64,000 bases of DNA from Podarcis gaigeae (Eukaryota), in assembly GCA_964106915.2 (NCBI GenBank), contig OZ066919.1. One strand, given 5' to 3'. Below the pieces are notes generated by a model. That model was not told the DNA's origin, did no database searches, and worked only from the letters and a program-made list of their open reading frames with translations. The position numbers were made by a program, and so were the translations under genes. Positions 37,988-50,468 of this stretch are shown in pieces; the first letter of the stretch is position 1; each line of letters opens with the position of its first letter.

Positions 37988-40900
37988 TAGGTTTGCAAGG
38001 ACATCCATCCCGAGACTGGAATAATCCATAGACAAATATAAGCAAGACCTACACTTTGCTTTTGCTTGGAAACATATACCCCTGCCCGCCTGACCAGTTC
38101 TGTGTCACTTGAAAGCTTACGTACTGCATTATGAAGACTGGTAGAGATTACTAAAAACGTAAAATGTCTGTTATAAATGACTGCACAGTTAGGTGTGTTA
38201 TGGCTCTTCAAAAAAAAAGTGCATCTAAGTTCCTAGAACATTCAGAAATTGTGATGTGAAAATGGGTTTATGGTTGTTGTGTACTGATAGAATGAAGCAA
38301 AATAAATTAATTAATAAAATAATAACAGTGGTTGCTGAAAACTGCAGATTCGTTTCTCCTTTCCTTCCCCCTCCCCTGCTCTTGCTTGGAAACAGGTTCT
38401 AATTAAGGCACCGTTTGTTAGATGAGTTTATTTTCCAATTCCAGAGCCAAGAGACAAGAGAGAGAGAGAGAGAGATATGTTACTTCATGGAAAGTGAGGA
38501 ATAGCAAAAACTTTTCTGACTAGAATCCAATATCCCTCTCCTCCCTCCTCCTCTTCCAGTTTCTAGAACCTCTTTGGCCCTGGTTTTGGGGGCTGTTAAT
38601 TTAATATGATGGAACAGATACACAAAGGAAACAGAAAGCCATCAGGAAGCCATCAATGTTTGAAGCAACTGTGTGGTGTGCATAAAGGTTTGTGTTCCCT
38701 GACAGTGGTTCTGTCTCCATGTGGTAAGCAAACCTCAGATTGGGACCTAATCCCAGCTATGTAAATCAAAGTGATTTGCTGAAGTGTGTTTATGACCTCA
38801 GTTCCTCCTTCAGCTAATTTCCTGAATTTTCCAAATGATCAGATTGGAAGCGGCACTCCTTAAACCACTTGTTTCTACTTAGCCTGACACCCTGCATCTC
38901 TACATCAGCATCTCCACTACACCAATGCTTCTTCACACCCTTGGGTGCTACCTCACAACTGGGGCTTCACTCCTTTCAATAGCAACTAGCCTCCACAAGA
39001 GGGCACTATGTCGACTCAAGAAAATATCCTGTTTTGTTTCCACTCAAATTCTCCCTGCCAATGGTACCTTAAAGGCGATCCTTTGTCTGGCCTATCATAT
39101 GAATGGGAAAGTGTGTACTGAAACAGCACAATGTGTTGCTGGTAGAAGGGTGAATTTTAGTGGAGTGGGAGCAGGGACAGAGTTGACATGGTCAGGCTGG
39201 ACTTAGAGATGCCCTGGGCTGAACTGGTTTTGTCACTCTAACAAAATAAGGCCTTTGCCCCTCCATCCACCCAAAATACAGACTGGCATAGCTTTGACAC
39301 AGCAGGCTACACCTGAACCATGGCAACTTTTCAGGCCTGCCTTGGCACAGAAGATGGGGAACTGGGCAACGCTTGACAGCCAACTGGAACGCAAACTGCT
39401 TATATTGCGATTTTTGCCTGGGGGAAAGGCCTGTGCTTTAACTAAATAGCAAATGGGGAGTTTGGTGGGAGGCAGTGCTGCAGATTAGTTCCAGATGTCC
39501 CCAGTGACGTATGGATATGTGTGTGCGTCTCTTCTCTTGTTGCATTTGCCTAGCAGCTGTGGCTTGACATTGCTTTCAGTCCAAAGCCAACATCCGTCTG
39601 GAGGGGCTTTGGGTATCTCATTCCTTTGCCTGGTTATTTGCAGCACAGAAGTCCCATAGTAGTTCCTCTCCATCTTTCCCCTTTCTCTATCTCCTCTCCT
39701 CCTGCTCTCTCTCACTCTCTCTCCCACCCCCACCCCCACCTCTTGCTGCTGGCATCACTACAAGTCTCATTTCCTGCTTGCCAGAACGAAAGTCAAAACT
39801 ATTCAGGATGCGAGTGGAGGGTGTGTGTGTGTAGCTTTTACTGGCCCACCCTGAGGAGGCTCCCTGTCCACACCCACTGCGTGCCGGGCAGCTTTATATA
39901 TACAGGTGCAAAGTCTTCCCAGAATGCCGAGTGGCTGCCAAGAGTGCTGTGGAAAATAGTACCAACAATTCTCCTTCTGTAAAGGAGGGAATACAGAGAG
40001 GCTGGGAGCCTAAAGATCAGAAGATGGTGGGCTAGGTCTGGCTTGAAGCCAATAGGTCTCCATGGCTTTCCCTGGCCTCTAGTGCTTGGGGGCAAAAGGG
40101 AGAATCTTCATGTTTTATTATAGACTTCAAGGATGAACCTTCCATTATTCTGTGGGCTCCCACCCCACTGCCATCCCAAAGCATTATATTGTCACAGACC
40201 ACGGTATACCCACAATAAACTGAGAATACCAGTGACTGAAATGTTACGAGGATACAGCAGTGTTGCTGTTTGTATGATACTTTATTGCCCTAGATTGAGG
40301 TGGCTGAATGAGCTGTTTGTAAATTATGCTTAATTCTGCCAGAGATTTTTTTGTAGGTTGGATGTTTGCTTTGCAAAAAATGGTTAGCTGGGGATGTTTG
40401 TTATGGTTGTGTTATCTGTATGGGTGGCAGGAATGTTTGAGAGTAAGGTTTGTGTGTGGAAGATGGCTAAGAATGCATTTGTAGCAGGGTATGGTGTGTG
40501 TGTGTGTGTATTTTGTTTCTAATGATACTGTTTCTGTGAAGTTTTTTAAATTATTATCTATTTTTTATGTTTAAAATAACATTTTGTTATCCCATTCATC
40601 ATTCTGCTTTAATAGAGTATTTCTATTTGACCTTCATTTTTCATGTTTTGATATTTTTAAATATTCTATTTGATGTTTTAAGGTAGATTGGAAACTGCTT
40701 TGAGCTGTTTTTTAAATATAAAGTGAAATAGAAATGAATTAAATAAAAAATAATAATTTTGTTGAACAGGGAAGGGGAGGGAGGAGACAGAGATTCCATA
40801 TTTGTTGAAAGGATTCAATGCTAATGATTTATTCTCTCTGTAATAAAAAGCCAGTCTTGCAGTCTGGGTGGACAGTGTTAGGTGCCAATGGGCTTCCTCC

Positions 40901-40995
40901 TAAGAAAAATGGCCCCATCATTTCAAAATGGGGGAGGAGGGCATTGACAGGTATTTTTAAAACTTCAGGCACTGGTCTGTGACCTGCCTTAGTAC

Positions 40996-41113
40996 AGCCT
41001 TCCCCAATCTGATGCCTTCTAGACATGCATCTGGGTGGGAGAAGGCTGGGGAAGTGCTGATTGAGGCTGATGGGAGCTGTAGTCCAAAATGTCTGGAATG
41101 CACCAGAAGACTG
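40996..41113. mobile_element. Degraded non-autonomous hAT element
   Basis: CAGCCTTCCCCAA start, family core gctgatgggagctgtagtcc, flanks CCTTAGTA / TCTTAGTA. Confidence 0.6.
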
Positions 41114-42024
41114 TCTTAGTACAGGCAGCATACATAGAAAAGCCAGGATCTGTGAATGCCTGGATCTGACACCTATGCAGCCCACCCACACTCCTCATTT
41201 GGCAGAGGATTCTTGGCTGCTGCTGCAAGCAATGATTCTGGCTGGCTTGATGGTATGTTTCCACCATCTTCACTGAGCCAAGAAAGATTTATCTTTTCTA
41301 GGAATATGGGGCGGTGGGAGGCATTGAAGCCCTGGATGAATCACAGAAGGAATGAAGGGAGCTCAACTCCCCAGACACCATGGATTCAAAGGACAGTAGA
41401 AGTAGAAAATTCTACATGGGAAGGAACAGCACATGTGGAATATTATTCTCTTTGCCTGCCACCGCCCTAAAACAGTGTAGGACACTTGAGGAATATAGGA
41501 ATATGGTTTGGTTGGTTGCTGGCTTTCTAGACATTTCCCTTCCCTTCTTTTCCCTGCCATTGGAATCAACATTTGTTGAGCTTCACTCAACTCCACAACC
41601 CAGAGGCAGCAGGGCTTTTCTTTTCTTTCTTTTCTGGCTTTTTAAATAACTTTTGGATCAGAAAAATTGTGAGGGAAGAGAGAGTTTTTTTTATTAAAAA
41701 AACAACAACCTCGTCCCACAGCACCATATACCAGATCCAAATTGAATCTCCAGTAAACCACCTGGCCTCTTAGTTGGCATAGCAGCTGTACTAGAGTGAG
41801 CCCTTATTTATCAATGGGTTTATAGTACATGCATAAATTCTATCCTGCGTAGTTACTTCCATCAGAATTCACAGTACAATGCTCCTCTCAGATAAGTTAA
41901 AGCATCAGAGGCATTCTCCTGGACTTGCTCATTGAGAATGCATTGTCATCCTTGTGTATATCAAAATAACCTTCAGTTTTGAACCTGTTGTGCAGAAACA
42001 GGGAAGTTTTGAGATTGGGAGGAT

Positions 42025-42026
<2 letters not shown>

Positions 42027-42060
<34 letters not shown>
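42027..42060. repeat. (GT)n microsatellite
   Basis: Read directly. Confidence 0.95.
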
Positions 42061-42062
<2 letters not shown>

Positions 42063-42995
42063 CCGTGTATCCCGCCCTTTTCCCAATCATTAAAACAACA
42101 AATCCAGCTCAAAGTTGGGAGTAGATTAAACAATAAAGCAATAAAGAATCGTAAAACATAAGTGACAGTGATTACAAAATTATATTGTGAGATTAGAATG
42201 ACTAAAAGCTTGAGTAAATAACCAGGTTTTAACCTGATGGCTGCATGCCAATGAAGGTGATGCCAGGCAGATCTCAGAGGGGAGGGTGTTCCACAAGTGG
42301 GAGCTTTTCTTAGTTTTGCTGCTGTTTTATTGTGCCCTCTAAAAGGAGAAAAACTATGTGGGTTTGAGACTGTGTCTACCTCAGTGCCCCTTCATTGCAT
42401 TGTCTTTAATTTTTTGTAGAATGTCCATTTTACAATTGGGAAAAAGAGGAAAGAAACAGAGAGCTGTTGATTTGCCCTTGTCAGCATTGTTGCATTGAGT
42501 ATAGATAACCAGTGATGGCAAATATAAAGAAAAGTATTGATGTAGCTTTGGTAGTGAGTGAAGAAGCACATACATAACATCAGTTTCTTGTATAGAAAAT
42601 ATTACTGTACAGATTTCCTTGAGAAAGTGGTGTATGGGACCTGCTAACTTGGATGCTTTGTCTGACACCAGCCCCCAGATGAATCTCTCTTTCTGCAGAA
42701 TTATTTCCAGCGTTTCCTTGCACACTGTTTCTCCATAAGGAAGAAGACTGCCTGTGAAATGCTACCCCTGAACTTTGAGCTACAATACAAGTGAGTCTGG
42801 TTAACAATTGCAGCCCAAAATAGGCAAAGCACTTAAAATACTCAGAATACCCCTTAAGTGCCAATGGAGAGCTCAGTCACAATATCAGAAAAATATTGGA
42901 ATGGCAATTCTTTTCTCGCCCCATATTTTACTTCCAAGGTGGAAACTGTTGGAGTATATTGCAACAGAGTGAAGAAATAGCCTGAGACTGCTGGT

Positions 42996-43269
42996 TCACT
43001 GGAAGGACAGATCCTGAAGCTGAGACTCCAATACTTTGGCCACATCATGAGAAGAGAAGCCTCCTTGGAAAAGACCCTGATGCTGGGAAAGATTGAGGGC
43101 ACTAGGCGATGGGGATGACAGAGGACGAGATGGTTGGATAGTGTTCTCGAAGCTACCAACATGAGTTTGACCAAACTGCGGGAGGCCGTGGAAGACAGGA
43201 GTGCTTTGTGTGCTCTGGTCCATGGGGTCACAAAGAGTCGGACACGACTAAACGACTAAACAACAACAA
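42996..43269 (+). mobile_element. BovB (RTE) LINE 3' fragment
   Basis: Encodes SLEGQILKLRLQYFGHIMRREASLEKTLMLGKIEG with a later in-frame stop; ends AAGAGTCGGACACGACTAAACGACTAAA(CAA)n. Confidence 0.92.
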
Positions 43270-45448
43270 GAAGGTTTATTACTCTTGACAAACAAAGCTA
43301 TTCTGAATTTAGGCTTACATGTAGTCATTGGGGAGTCATCTGGTTCAGAGAACCAGCGCTAACACTAAAGGAGGAGTAGGAGGCAACTAAAGTTTGAGAA
43401 ACAACCTACATATCAGCAAGTAATTACTGAACAAGAAATCAGCAAGGGAAGAATAGGTTGCCTTTCTATCACGCACCCCACCCACCCACCCACTGGTACA
43501 GGTAATTTATTAGACACATTGTTGCTTTACTCCCAACAGAAACAACCTTGGTACTGTCCAAACTCCTGCAGTTAATTAATGGCAAGAACAAGCATCAGTT
43601 CTTGCTTGTTTGGGAATATGAGCATTGGGTGGAATTCGGCATCACACCAAAACAATAGTTGTGTTAGTGCAAGCATTTCTACTTGCCAGATGAAATGATG
43701 GGCATTTCCATTTGCTGTTCTGGGATTTCTCAGAGTGGATTTGCTGGAGGCATGGAGGGCAGGGCAGCGAGGAAAGCCCTGTTGCACTAGCAGCAGTCTT
43801 GCATTGGCTTCCAGTAGCACACCAGGGTGGTTGAATGTGGACCACTGCGTGATGGGTGGGCACTATAAGGGCGAGTGAGAAAGTTTTATTTGTATATAAA
43901 ATGATGAGAAAGAATCTCTAAGGCTGCAATCCTGTACCCACTTACCTGGGAGTAAGTCCTTTTGAATTCAGTGGGGCTTATTTATCAGTAGTTGTATATT
44001 GGATTGGATTGTTAGTCAGGTGCTGGTAGGCTTCAGGCTTGTGGGATCTGTTAGAGCACCAAGTTCTACCAAACAGAAACACAAGCAATCTGGTGGCTTG
44101 GGTTGGAGCCAATTGCCTCACAAAATGTAGACTGGAATGACCCGTTTGTACAGATCTACATATCAGTTTATTTCTAATTTAGGGAAGAAAGGCCTTCTGT
44201 TAAACAACAGAGTCGGAAGTCCAGGCTAATCTAACTACAGATCGGCCGGCCTCCTGCCCATTCCTGACAGTGCCACCTTTTGGCAGCCTTTGAGTTATGA
44301 TAATGCATATTTTCCTCACCAGCTTCAGAAAAGGGAGGGTGTGTGAGAGCGCTTTACTGTGAGGTCAAAGCAATTTGCCTGTCTTTTCTTTTTTCACATT
44401 CAAGCTCGAAATCATAGAAAATGATGGAATTTTTGTTGTTGTCTTTAATAAATAAAAGCAAGTTATTCTCTCTGATGACGGATGAAAAGGTGACAGGCTG
44501 TCTCCCTGGATGCTATTGCAGCTTCCCAAAATAACTCCAATCCTCAGCTAAATGAATGCTGCTAGACAACTCATGGAAAGTGTGTTGGCATTGGCTGAAC
44601 CCGCCACTCACAAGAAGTGGCTGCTTCATCTCCCAAGTGTTGCTGCCCAGTTGTGCTATTTTTAAAACAGGGAAAGCTCCTATCTGCGAATGGGACAATA
44701 GATGCAGCTGAAGGAGATGAGGATGAGGGCCTCTGTGTGGGTTTCACTTTCTTTTAATAACCTGTGAAACAAACCCCCCGCTTGGTTACAAAGCCTGGAT
44801 ACCAGGCAGCCCTGCTGCATTATCCAGAATCAGAATGCTAACAGCAGCAACCCACAGCATCCTCCCTGGTTTCTTTGGAATCGTGCCCATGTCAGTGCAC
44901 AAAGGCTGCCCTGGGTGCCTTGCTTAATCAGAGCAAAAGATATTGGTGGTAAAATGGAACAGAAATTTTAGGTAACAAATTCCAGTAGCCCCGATAGGAG
45001 GGAGCGGGAAGTGTCTGTAGAGGAGATGAGTTGTAGAAATGTTTGAAAATGAAAATGAATGAAATCAGCAAAATTGTGTATTAAGTGTGTGCGCGCGCGC
45101 TGAACTTGCAACTGAGCTGTACTATCACACGATCAAATTTGGACTTGTGTCTGAATGGAGAGCCTGCCTAAATGTGCATTTATTAAACCTGCTATCCTGC
45201 TATATCCCACAGGCTGTGGGGATCATGAGAGACATATTTTTTCAATGAACAAGATACAAGTATGTTATTGCTTAATGGGAAAGTTTAGGGATTACTTAAA
45301 CTGAAAACATGTGACCTCCCCATGGCGGACAAACTCTTCTTACTTCTTGCCAACTTCCCCTTGGCTCTTTGCTTCCTCCACCTCTGATGCTATTGGGTAA
45401 CTTGCTCTGATGGCATGGATAGCACTTGGCACATTGAGGTGTAATGGC

Positions 45449-45609
45449 TCAACAAGGAGCCAATACCAGCTGTGGCCTCTTAGGTCAACAATGGAGGCAT
45501 GAGTTTAAATCCCAGGCCATAGGGAAAGACTAATTTTTGTTGGTGGGATTTAAACTCATGCCTCCATTTTTGGCCTAAGAAGCCACATCTGGCATTGGTT
45601 CCTTGATGA
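45449..45609. repeat. Long inverted repeat (62-66-bp arms, 29-nt spacer)
   Basis: 45453-45514 versus the reverse complement of 45544-45605 gives 56/62 identity, with the inner 25 bp perfect. Confidence 0.92.
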
Positions 45610-46057
45610 CTCTCTTCTTAGGAAGGCTGATGGCCAGGTCTTCTTCCCACTTTGAACAGCAGGTAGGGAGCAGCACTTTTGAATCTACGTATGTCCCTTC
45701 CTGCACTTATAGTGATAGCTGTGATGCTTTTGGGCTTCGTGTACGGAAGAGCTGAGAGGAACTGTCAGGACAATTTGTGAAATTCTTTTCCTTCCTTGGA
45801 AGTTGCATGTAGGAGGGTTAAAGGCACAATAAGATTTCCATGTGCCCTTAAGTGTATTTCTTAACCAATTATTTATTGATGAGCAGAAACATCTTTTGAA
45901 GCCGCATCTAGGGGTTACATAACACCATCAGCAGATCACTTGCTAAAGAATTGCTATCACGCAACAGACTTTGACTCTGTCATCTCTAGAGTCTTTGTTT
46001 CTCTTATTTTATACAATCTTAGGAAGATTGTATAAAGGAGGTGCTATGTGTTAGAAC

Positions 46058-46410
46058 AGGACACAGGTGGCACTGTGGGTTAAACCACAGAGCCTAGGAC
46101 TTGCCGATCAGAAGGTCAGCAGTTCGAATCTCCTCGACGGGGTGAGCTCCTGTTGCTCAGTCCCAGCTCCTGCCCACCTAGCAGTTCTAAAGCACATCAA
46201 AGTGCAAGTATATAAATAGGTACCAATCCGGCAGGAAGGTAAACAGTGTTTCCATGCGCTGCTCTGGTTCGCCTGAAGCGGCTTAGTCATGCTGGCTACA
46301 TGACCCGGAAGCTGTACACTGGCTCCCTCGGCCAATAAAGCGAGATGAGCGCCGCAACCCCAGAGTCGGCCACGACTGGACCTGATGGTCAGGGGTCCTT
46401 TTACCTTTAC
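46058..46410 (+). mobile_element. Full-length Sauria SINE with 13-bp TSD
   Basis: tRNA-like head with B box GTTCGAATC; BovB-like tail GAGTCGGCCACGACT; (TTTACC)n end; TSD CTATGTGTTAGAA at 46044-46056 and 46411-46423. Confidence 0.95.
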
Positions 46411-47019
46411 CTATGTGTTAGAAAAGCCACATCAGGCTTCATGGGCACTTCTAAGGAAGTGAAGGAGCTGTGTCCCTAATTCTTATAGAATCATTGATAA
46501 TGGTATTTCTAACACAAATATGTAAGAGTGGTCAGAGGACCCACCACACTCACAATATTTTTTTTATTGTTGTGTTTTTGCAAATGAAGAAATGAATCTA
46601 AGAGAAAGTGACTTCTAAATTTCAAGTTTCCATTTTAGAACAAGGACAGACAGTTGCAGTCACAGTATTCATACCCAATATGCTTATGGTATAAATAGCC
46701 CTTGAAATTGTGAATGAACGCAGTAAAACCAAGAGGAGCAAGAGCAACTTTTCATGTGCTGCTAACACTTGCCTGAAACAATAACAATGGACTGTTTACA
46801 CTACTTGAAATGATCACAACTAACATTGGACAAAGTAGTTGATAAAGGACCACAGGATGCCAGCTCCTTATCACAAGTCCAGTGAATTTTGCTTATCCTG
46901 GGTAATTGGACAACATTTCCCCTGCAAGTATTGGGTTGCTAGTAGTGAACTGAGTAGAGGCATAGATGTATTTGTTTTGTAGTTATGGAGGTAGCTACAA
47001 GATGAGGCACTGGCCTGGC

Positions 47020-47395
47020 TTGTACATATTGCTAAGCCATGGTTTGTTTACCCCAACTATGGTTTATTTGACTGCACAAATGCAGCCCAGCAGACTAACC
47101 ATGTCCCCCCCCCGCCAACAATCCACAATATTAAGACATGGCTAGCTGTTGACTTACAAACCATGGTTTGTTTGGTATTTTGGCTAAGCCCAAAAACCTT
47201 GCTTAACTAAGTTGCCTTGGCATCCCACCCAGATACTTGTCAAGGTACAAAGGTACAAGGCAAGAGCAGATGGAAAGCAAACCAAGCTTTAAGGAAACAA
47301 GTCATTGCTAGTTTGCTTCTCTGTGAAACAACCTGTGATTTGTTGAACAAGCCATGTTTACAACAAACTGTGGCTTAGCATTTTGTGTGAATGGA
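47020..47395. mobile_element. Old palindromic non-autonomous element; related sequence near 18045-18330
   Basis: Inverted ends acatattgctaagccatggtttg / caaactgtggcttagcattttgt with repeated (aa)ccatggttt motifs. Confidence 0.5.
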
Positions 47396-49388
47396 GCTCT
47401 CTGAACTAGTAGAGGCTGCTAGAGCTGATGGATTAAGTCTTATTTACTATCAAGATACCTCAGGAATTCTGCCAGTGATGTCTGACCACTGCAGGGACAA
47501 GATTAGGCTTCAGATGGGAGTGGAAGTACAAGTGAGCAAACCCCAGGGTTTCATGCTCCTGCGTTATGTCCAAATCGGATCTGCCTGAATATAAACTCAA
47601 TCAGAACTGTTAGTTGTTCTTCCTTTGGAGGATTCTCTCGTGCTTCAGGTTCAAGGTAGCAGAGAGATTTTAATTTGGAGTTTTGGGGATGGGGTCAGGT
47701 TCAATTTGCTGTCCTAACATGTTAAAACTCCTTCAGTTTTGCTTCTATCTGCCATAGTTAGTCTTTTGGAGATTTCAAGAAGCCAAAGTGGAAAAAGCGC
47801 CAGGTCTTTGCCCTTTCTGTGAGAAGACATCTGAAGCATGCGTCATTTTGGAGTGTGACAGTATGCCTGGAAATTTCCAAACACCACCCTCTCTTTGCCC
47901 CCCTCCCCATTTCCCCTGCAGTGCTTTCATAACTCAGCTGTCAAAGCCCTGAATATTATTAGTCAATTAGTGACTGACACATTTCCTGTAATGCTACCTC
48001 ATTAGTCAGTCCAGGGAACCAGTGCAAAGGACCCAGCTAAAAGTATACCAAAATGTCTAGGTTTTTGTGAGGAAGCGGCATGAAGGCTCAAAGAGCATGG
48101 TGGACTCAATATTTTTTTTATCCATCCTAGGCAAGTGTGAAAACCTGTGTTCTAAACCTTAAGTTTAACTTGCCAGTGCTAAGGGGAATGTACTATGGGG
48201 GACACTGACAATATTTTCTTGCCTAGCTTCCAGCAAGGTTAAAGCTGAAGGACATTTATCAAGGGCCACCACAAAGGGTACCTGATTTTGATCAGTGGAA
48301 GGCTATAAATTTAATGCAACCAAGCACCCATGTGAACACAAGTACCCCTATCCATTTTATGAAATGGATCCAAATAAATAAGGGGGGAGATGGAAAAGCC
48401 TTGTGATGTGTGGAACATCTAAAAAATCCCCTCAGACAAGGGGAACAAGTAATGGTTAATTGCATAAAATCAGTTTCCAAGACTGATCAATTTTTTGCAC
48501 TGCTGAAAGTCGAATGTTGGTACCTCTTTAATATTCCCACAAAAATGAACTGGAAGTGTGAGCACTAAACATTGTGCACAATGCTCCAAAGCGGTGAAGC
48601 GTCACTGTGGGACATTGTGGGCAATTATAATGGCAGCCACCCAGCATCCATCAGAACGCCAGGAAAGGTTCCCTGGGGTAGCAGTGTTGGCAATGATGAG
48701 CCTTTGGTACTTGTCCAAGGAAAGAATGTCACCTCCTGTTGCTAGGCATAACCAAACTTTTTTGTGTACAGAGACGCAGCAATGGAGGGACCTGGCCCTT
48801 CAAGGACTATTACTGGCCCCATCCTGAGCATGCAGCTTCCACTTTTCTTTTCTTTTTAAAAAAATCTAATATAAGGTAAAGTGTGCAAGCAGTGTTCTTC
48901 ATGATTGCAGAAGGACAGCTGCTCTCCTGCCTGCCTGTGTTCTGGCCAATGAGTACAAATTTGCTGGGATAATAAGAAAACGACTAAGCATTGTTTTGAA
49001 AGTATAGTTTTACATTATCTACCATTCAACATACAACGTAACTTAATAATTTTAAACATATTGGGCTTTGTATGCAGGCTTTGGCTCTTTTGTATTGATA
49101 AAATCGCCAACATCATGTATTCATGGGACCCATCTGCAGTGGAGCAGGAATGTAGACACTCACAGCTCTGGTACTTTTTTGCAGCAGGAGCAGTAGTGTT
49201 GTCTGCAGCAGCTGCATTTGCCAGTGTTGCAAATCTGGAGTGGGGTAGGTTGATTGTAATACAGTATAGGACATCCTGTATTCATTAACTTATCTGGCAA
49301 CCGCCTTTCCTGTGCTAACACAATTATCCTGATATTGATTATAAACAGTCCATAAAGAGCCTTACTAGCATGTGTATTACTCCTCCTC

Positions 49389-49432
<44 letters not shown>
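49389..49432. repeat. (AAT)n microsatellite, probably a retroelement tail
   Basis: Read directly. Confidence 0.9.
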
Positions 49433-49433
<1 letters not shown>

Positions 49434-50468
49434 TGCTTTACATTTATATTCCACCTTACTTCCACTGATGGCATACCTGGTTGTGGATTCCTCCATTTTA
49501 TCACCACCACCACCACCATCATCATAACCCTGTGAGCAAGGTTGGGCCTAGGGCTGGCTGTGACTGACCAGTGAACTGACTGATCAGGGCTATAAACCAA
49601 AGTCTCCCCAGCCAAAGTCCAACATGTGAACCACTACAGTTTCCCAGCTCATTGCTGATACTAATAAACTGGGTATTTTCCTATGTTCTGCTGCTCTTCG
49701 GATTTATGTATTTGGATCATCACAGTTCAATTGCCTGCATATTTGGACTCTCATGATGACCTCACACACTTCAAAATTTACCACTGCAAAATTGTCCCTT
49801 AGCACAACATTTCTGGTTATGGGCTTATTTTTGCCTATAAGTCACAGCTCCCCATTTCATTTAACTTTTCTTCTTATTGCCTCAATTAACTTTTTGCTTT
49901 GTATATGGAGAAAGGGGCTTGTGAACAAATCTCTGTTGTGCCCATTTATGTCCACCTACTCCTCTCTGTTAAAAACACAGAGAGCAGATCCTGCACTCAC
50001 ACCCATCACAGCTTGAAAATTATCTGAGTCAGTAGAAGCCATTGTCTCTCTCTTTGTTCCTTGTTGCTACACAATTTGTGAGCAGCGTTAAACCACCTAC
50101 TACAGCCTTGGGATATCCTCCTTGCCCTCTGAACTTTTCACCCCTGCTGTTCCCTCCTTCATCTCTGTCTGCTCTGCCTTTCTTGCTGTGCAGGCAAAGC
50201 TATCACAGCCCCTCTGCTACCATGAGCTATAGGTCTAAATGAAACAGCATTCAAGCAAACAGTTTGCATGTACAGGGGACCAGTCTGGGCTGGGGACCCA
50301 GGCATATGTGGGTGGCATGGGGTGCAGGGGTGGCTTTAGCTCTTTAACTGCGGTCCTGATGCCAAGTGGGGACCTCCACATTTCCATTTGTCCTGTTATT
50401 TCAAGTCATAGGTTCACTTAGGAAAATTAGGATGCAGTAAAATTGGTGAGAGAAAGAGTGGAGTGGGG

